NCBI GenBank assembly: GCA_041391245.1
Contig: JAWKOJ010000020.1
Span: 33,345 to 97,344 of the forward strand
Direction: 5' to 3'
Source of the DNA: Caldilineales bacterium
Lineage (GTDB): Bacteria > Chloroflexota > Anaerolineae > JAAEKA01
Length of the DNA: 64,000 nucleotides
Part shown: piece after piece, positions 60,774 to 64,000 of the stretch
Layout: every line of letters begins with the position of its first letter
Position numbering within the stretch: the first letter of the stretch is position 1
Program-made: the position numbers and the translations under genes
Notes under the pieces: generated by a model
What the model was told of the DNA's origin: nothing
The model's input: only the letters and a program-made list of their open reading frames with translations
Database searches by the model: none

Positions 60774-61645
60774 CAGCCCAACTCAAACGTAGTCACGCCG
60801 AAGATGCGCTCGTCGGCAACGGCGGGTGGCTGCCCCAGATACATGCGCGCACAGCCGAACACCTCGACCATCTCGTGCCGCCTGACCAGTTCCATGGCGG
60901 CCGGGTTGTTCTCCGGTGCGTCGAGGAACAGCGGGCCGCCTGCCGCGAACCCCGCCAGCCGCCCGTACAGCGCCTCGGCAACTCGAGCGTCGTCTGCAAA
61001 CAGCGGACCGACCTTGCAGCCCTCGCCGCAGCGCCGCACCACGCCATATCCGCTCAGCCTGCCGTCGCGCAGATAGCCAAGGGCGAGCGCGTCAGGCTGC
61101 GCTATCCAACCTTCAAGGAAAGCGGGTCGCGGCGCCGGGAAGCAGGTGCGGTCGTAGGCCAGCACCTGATCGAACGGCACACCGGCCAGCGGAACAATGT
61201 CTTCGTCTTCGTCGGGCGACGTTGAGGGTGGCTCCTTGATCTCGGCGCGGAAACGCAGGTTGCGATGCGAGAACACGAACCCGCCCCTGGCGTAGTAATG
61301 CTGCATGTCGAACACGCCGTCCATGCCGACCGCGGCGCCCGGCTGCAGGCGGTCCAGCAGGCGCTGGCGGCGGGCGTGCCACAGCGTGTTGCCCAGCCCG
61401 CGGCCGCGGAACTCGGGGCGGACGATGAACAGGCCCATGAAGCCGTACTCGCCGCCGTACGAGGTGATCGCGCCGCCGCCGATCATCTGGCCGTCCAGCT
61501 CGGCGGCGATGAACGCCTCCGGGTCGGTGGCCCAGAACAGCCCGGCGTCGTGCAAGCCGGGGTTCCACCCCTCGCGCGCCGCCCAGCCTACCAGGTCGTG
61601 CACCTCATGCTGCGTCATGCGGCGTATCTGAAGTTCTTGAGTCAT
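60773..61645 (-). CDS. tandem-GNAT N-acetyltransferase
   Basis: Two GNAT halves; GFMGLFIVRPEFRGRGLGNTLW motif A; stop overlaps the puuE-like start. Confidence 0.75.
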   Translation of the reverse strand: MTQELQIRRMTQHEVHDLVGWAAREGWNPGLHDAGLFWATDPEAFIAAELDGQMIGGGAITSYGGEYGFMGLFIVRPEFRGRGLGNTLWHARRQRLLDRLQPGAAVGMDGVFDMQHYYARGGFVFSHRNLRFRAEIKEPPSTSPDEDEDIVPLAGVPFDQVLAYDRTCFPAPRPAFLEGWIAQPDALALGYLRDGRLSGYGVVRRCGEGCKVGPLFADDARVAEALYGRLAGFAAGGPLFLDAPENNPAAMELVRRHEMVEVFGCARMYLGQPPAVADERIFGVTTFELG

Positions 61646-61652
61646 AGATTGA

Positions 61653-62024
61653 TCAAACGTGCTGGTCGATCAGAATCGGGTTGCCGTCGGGGTCCGTCAA
61701 CATGATGCTGGCCGGCCCCGTGGTGGTCTCGTCCGCCTCCATCGCCAACGCTACCCCTTCTGCCTTCAGACGCCGCTGAAGCTCGCGGACGTCGGTGAAG
61801 CTTGCCAGCGGCTGGGCGTTCTGGTCCCAGCCGGGGTTGAAGGTGAGGATGTTGCGCTCGAACATGCCCTGGAACAGGCCGATGACGTGATCGCCGTTCT
61901 TCAGGATCATCCAGTCGTCGGCCCCGCTGTCGCCCATGGATCGGAAGCCGAGCTTCTCGTAGAAAGCCCTGGACGCCTGGATGTCCTTGACGGCCAGGCT
62001 GATTGAAAACGCGCCGAGTTGCAT
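61653..62024 (-). CDS. VOC (glyoxalase/bleomycin-resistance) family protein
   Basis: [27 protein letters not shown]... Confidence 0.7.
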   Translation of the reverse strand: MQLGAFSISLAVKDIQASRAFYEKLGFRSMGDSGADDWMILKNGDHVIGLFQGMFERNILTFNPGWDQNAQPLASFTDVRELQRRLKAEGVALAMEADETTTGPASIMLTDPDGNPILIDQHV

Positions 62025-62237
62025 AGGTTGTTCTCCTTTCGGCTGTGAAGGGGTCGAGTCTCGCCTGCGCGCCCGGCCGCTGTTGTTCGCAAGCCCGCGT
62101 ATGGCCGGTGTCAAAAGGCACCGGCGCGGCCCAAGGTGGGCAAGTGCGGCGATGATAACATCCCTCCGGCCCTCAGTCAAGCGCCGCGGATAGACTTCGG
62201 AAGTCGCCGATTGGCTGTCACACCTGGCCTGCAACGG

Positions 62238-62884
62238 CTAGACAGGCCACGTTTGTTGACTCGGCGACTTCTCAAACAGCTTCTCAGGCTGCGCTATCCA
62301 GCCCTTCAGAAAAGTTGGACGCGCGACCGGGAAGCAGGTGCGGTCGTAGGCCAGCACCTGGTCGAACGGCACGGCGGCTAGCGGGACCACGTTGTCATCC
62401 CCGTCCGGCGACCTTGCAGGTGGCAACGTGATCTCGGCGCGGGAACGCATGTTGCGATGCGAGAACACAAACCCGCCCTTAGCGTAGTAAGGCTGCATGT
62501 CGAAGACCCCGTCCATGCCGACCGCGGCGCCCGGCTGCAGGCGGTCCAGCAGGCGCTGGCGGCGGGCGTGCCACAGCGCGTTGCCCAGCCCGCGGCCGCG
62601 GAACTCGGGCTGGACGATGAACTGGCCATGAAGCCAAACTCGCCGCCGTAGGACGTGATCGCGCCGCCGCCGATCATCTGGCCGTCCAACTCCGCGGCGA
62701 CAAACGTCTCGGGGTCGGTGGCCCAGAACAGCCCGGCGTCGTGCAGGCCGGGGCTCCAGCCCTCGCGCGCCGCCCAGCCCACCAGTTCATCGACCTCCGG
62801 GCGCGTCATACTGCGAATCTCTAGCGCCATGTGACTCGACGGGTTCGTGGGAGCGACTTTGGTCGGCCGGACCGGATCAACCAC
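62238..62884 (-). pseudogene. truncated, frameshifted duplicate of the 5' half of the GNAT gene at 60773..61645
   Basis: ~555 bp (62285-62840) is ~90% identical at DNA level to 61085-61640. The protein copy (…IRSMTRPEVDELVGWAAREGWSPGLHDAGLFWATDPETFVAAELDGQMIGGGAITSYGGEFGFM…) then loses frame. Confidence 0.7.
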
Positions 62885-63962
62885 CCAACAACTTCCCCAA
62901 GGCGAGCTGAATGAGATAGAGAATGATTGGCACCAATGCTACCGTGATAAAGCCGGCAAACAGGCCTGGGCGCCAGGGCCAGGTGGCGATCTTCACCACT
63001 ATCTCACGTTCGCTGTTCAGTGCTGTCAGGACGTTGTTGAGGTCGGTGATCTCGTGAAATACGTTCTGATCGACGCATCGGTGGAGGCTCGCCAGAGTAC
63101 TCTTGAAGCGTTGATCGAGCTCTGCCAGTTGCTTTCGTTTCTCCTGCACCAGTGCCTGGTGGACAGATCTGAGGGGCAGGATGAAGGCTGCCACGGCCAG
63201 CGCAATCTGCAAACTTAACGTGGCAATCACGGGGATAAACGCGACCTGGACCTGAAGGATGAGCAAAGTGCAGGTGAGCATTAATACCCAGAAGAGACCG
63301 GTTTGCGACGTGAGAACCGAGAAAGAATACACCGGGTCAAGCCGGAATAGGTCGAAGCGATCGACCATCCGTACGGTCCGAGTCACCAGGCGCAACTGGC
63401 GAATGGTATGGTAGTAAAACACACTGCCAATGAAGTATGAGACGAATCCCGCAAGGATCGTGAGAACAAACATGAAAGGACCGAACCCATAGGCGGCAGC
63501 GATGCTGTCATAGGCCAGGTACCAAGTTAGCGCGTATAATGCGGACCAAATGATGCCTGTCACGATCACGGCCCTGGAGGGCATGGTCGTGAACTCGTAA
63601 TCCAGCCGGCGCGCCTTATCCGAAGTGATGTCCAGAAGTGAGGAAAAGTCGGCCAGGACCTCGTGCGCTACGTTATCGAGGTAGACGACAATGGCGAGGG
63701 AGCCCCACATCCACAGGGGAAACAGGAGGTTGACCGGAGCAAACGTGTAGGCCGGAAGCCAGCCGTCGACCCAGGATACGATCTGGAAGACGGCGACCTG
63801 AAGAAGGAAAAGGAGCAGAAACGTCAGACCATAGTGAACCGGCAGACGCTGGATGAAATCAATGAGCCTGTTGACGTAACTGGGCGGGTAGGGAAGGTCT
63901 GCATATTCCGCGAACGTGGCGGGATGAGGGTTCACGGTGGGGTTTTCATGAGCACTGTTCAC
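62877..63962 (-). CDS. polytopic integral membrane protein (unassigned)
   Basis: ~8 TM helices; no family recognised. Confidence 0.5.
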   Translation of the reverse strand: MNSAHENPTVNPHPATFAEYADLPYPPSYVNRLIDFIQRLPVHYGLTFLLLFLLQVAVFQIVSWVDGWLPAYTFAPVNLLFPLWMWGSLAIVVYLDNVAHEVLADFSSLLDITSDKARRLDYEFTTMPSRAVIVTGIIWSALYALTWYLAYDSIAAAYGFGPFMFVLTILAGFVSYFIGSVFYYHTIRQLRLVTRTVRMVDRFDLFRLDPVYSFSVLTSQTGLFWVLMLTCTLLILQVQVAFIPVIATLSLQIALAVAAFILPLRSVHQALVQEKRKQLAELDQRFKSTLASLHRCVDQNVFHEITDLNNVLTALNSEREIVVKIATWPWRPGLFAGFITVALVPIILYLIQLALGKLLGG

Positions 63963-64000
63963 AGGAGAGGCGCTCCTTCCTGGGCATCGGTGATGCGCAA

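Noticed and set aside
1-64000. tRNA/rRNA genes
   Set aside because: No cloverleaf-like conserved tRNA boxes or rRNA-like long non-coding conserved stretches noticed; all sizeable non-coding gaps are accounted for above.

Overview
This is a 64-kb window of high-GC bacterial chromosome (roughly 65% GC, with a few AT-richer islands); no tools were available, so homologies are recognised by eye from the ORF translations, not by search. Main content, 5' to 3': (1) the end of the rplKAJL ribosomal cluster (rplA C-terminus, L10 leader, rplJ, rplL, terminator). (2) A DsbA-like thioredoxin-fold lipoprotein gene with an in-frame TGA exactly at the first Cys of its CxxC motif, a candidate selenoprotein. 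(3) A large glycerol/dihydroxyacetone utilisation supercluster (manC divergent; glpF, dhaK, dhaL, glpK; an aminotransferase; a mazEF-type TA pair; glpA, glpB, glpC; a tandem palindromic repeat; a class-III fructose-1,6-bisphosphatase). (4) A secreted HExxH protein. (5) A co-directional, translationally coupled 10-kb cassette: a 1315-aa SARP/NB-ARC/TPR regulator with an unusual C-terminal methyltransferase-like domain, then an XPB/Ssl2-type helicase, then two large uncharacterised proteins of 602 and 793 aa. This is the best candidate for an undescribed system. (6) A long minus-strand run of accessory genes (GNATs, APH-family phosphotransferases, a YgeY-like M20 peptidase, an S41 peptidase, a beta-propeller protein and others). 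(7) A low-GC island holding an OLD-family ATPase/TOPRIM nuclease gene split by an IS element with inverted repeats and a 9-bp target duplication. (8) A sugar ABC transporter operon, a diheme cytochrome c, two paralogous LuxR-type NB-ARC/TPR regulators (one decayed), allantoinase PuuE, and a partial tandem duplication of a GNAT gene. Many genes (glpC, fbp, one LuxR regulator, the OLD gene, the ABC binding protein and others) carry frameshifts of mostly -1, and where glpC could be inspected the break is consistent with a missing base in a G/C homopolymer. That points to homopolymer indel errors in the assembly and/or pseudogenisation; the window alone cannot tell which. No rRNA, tRNA or CRISPR array was found.
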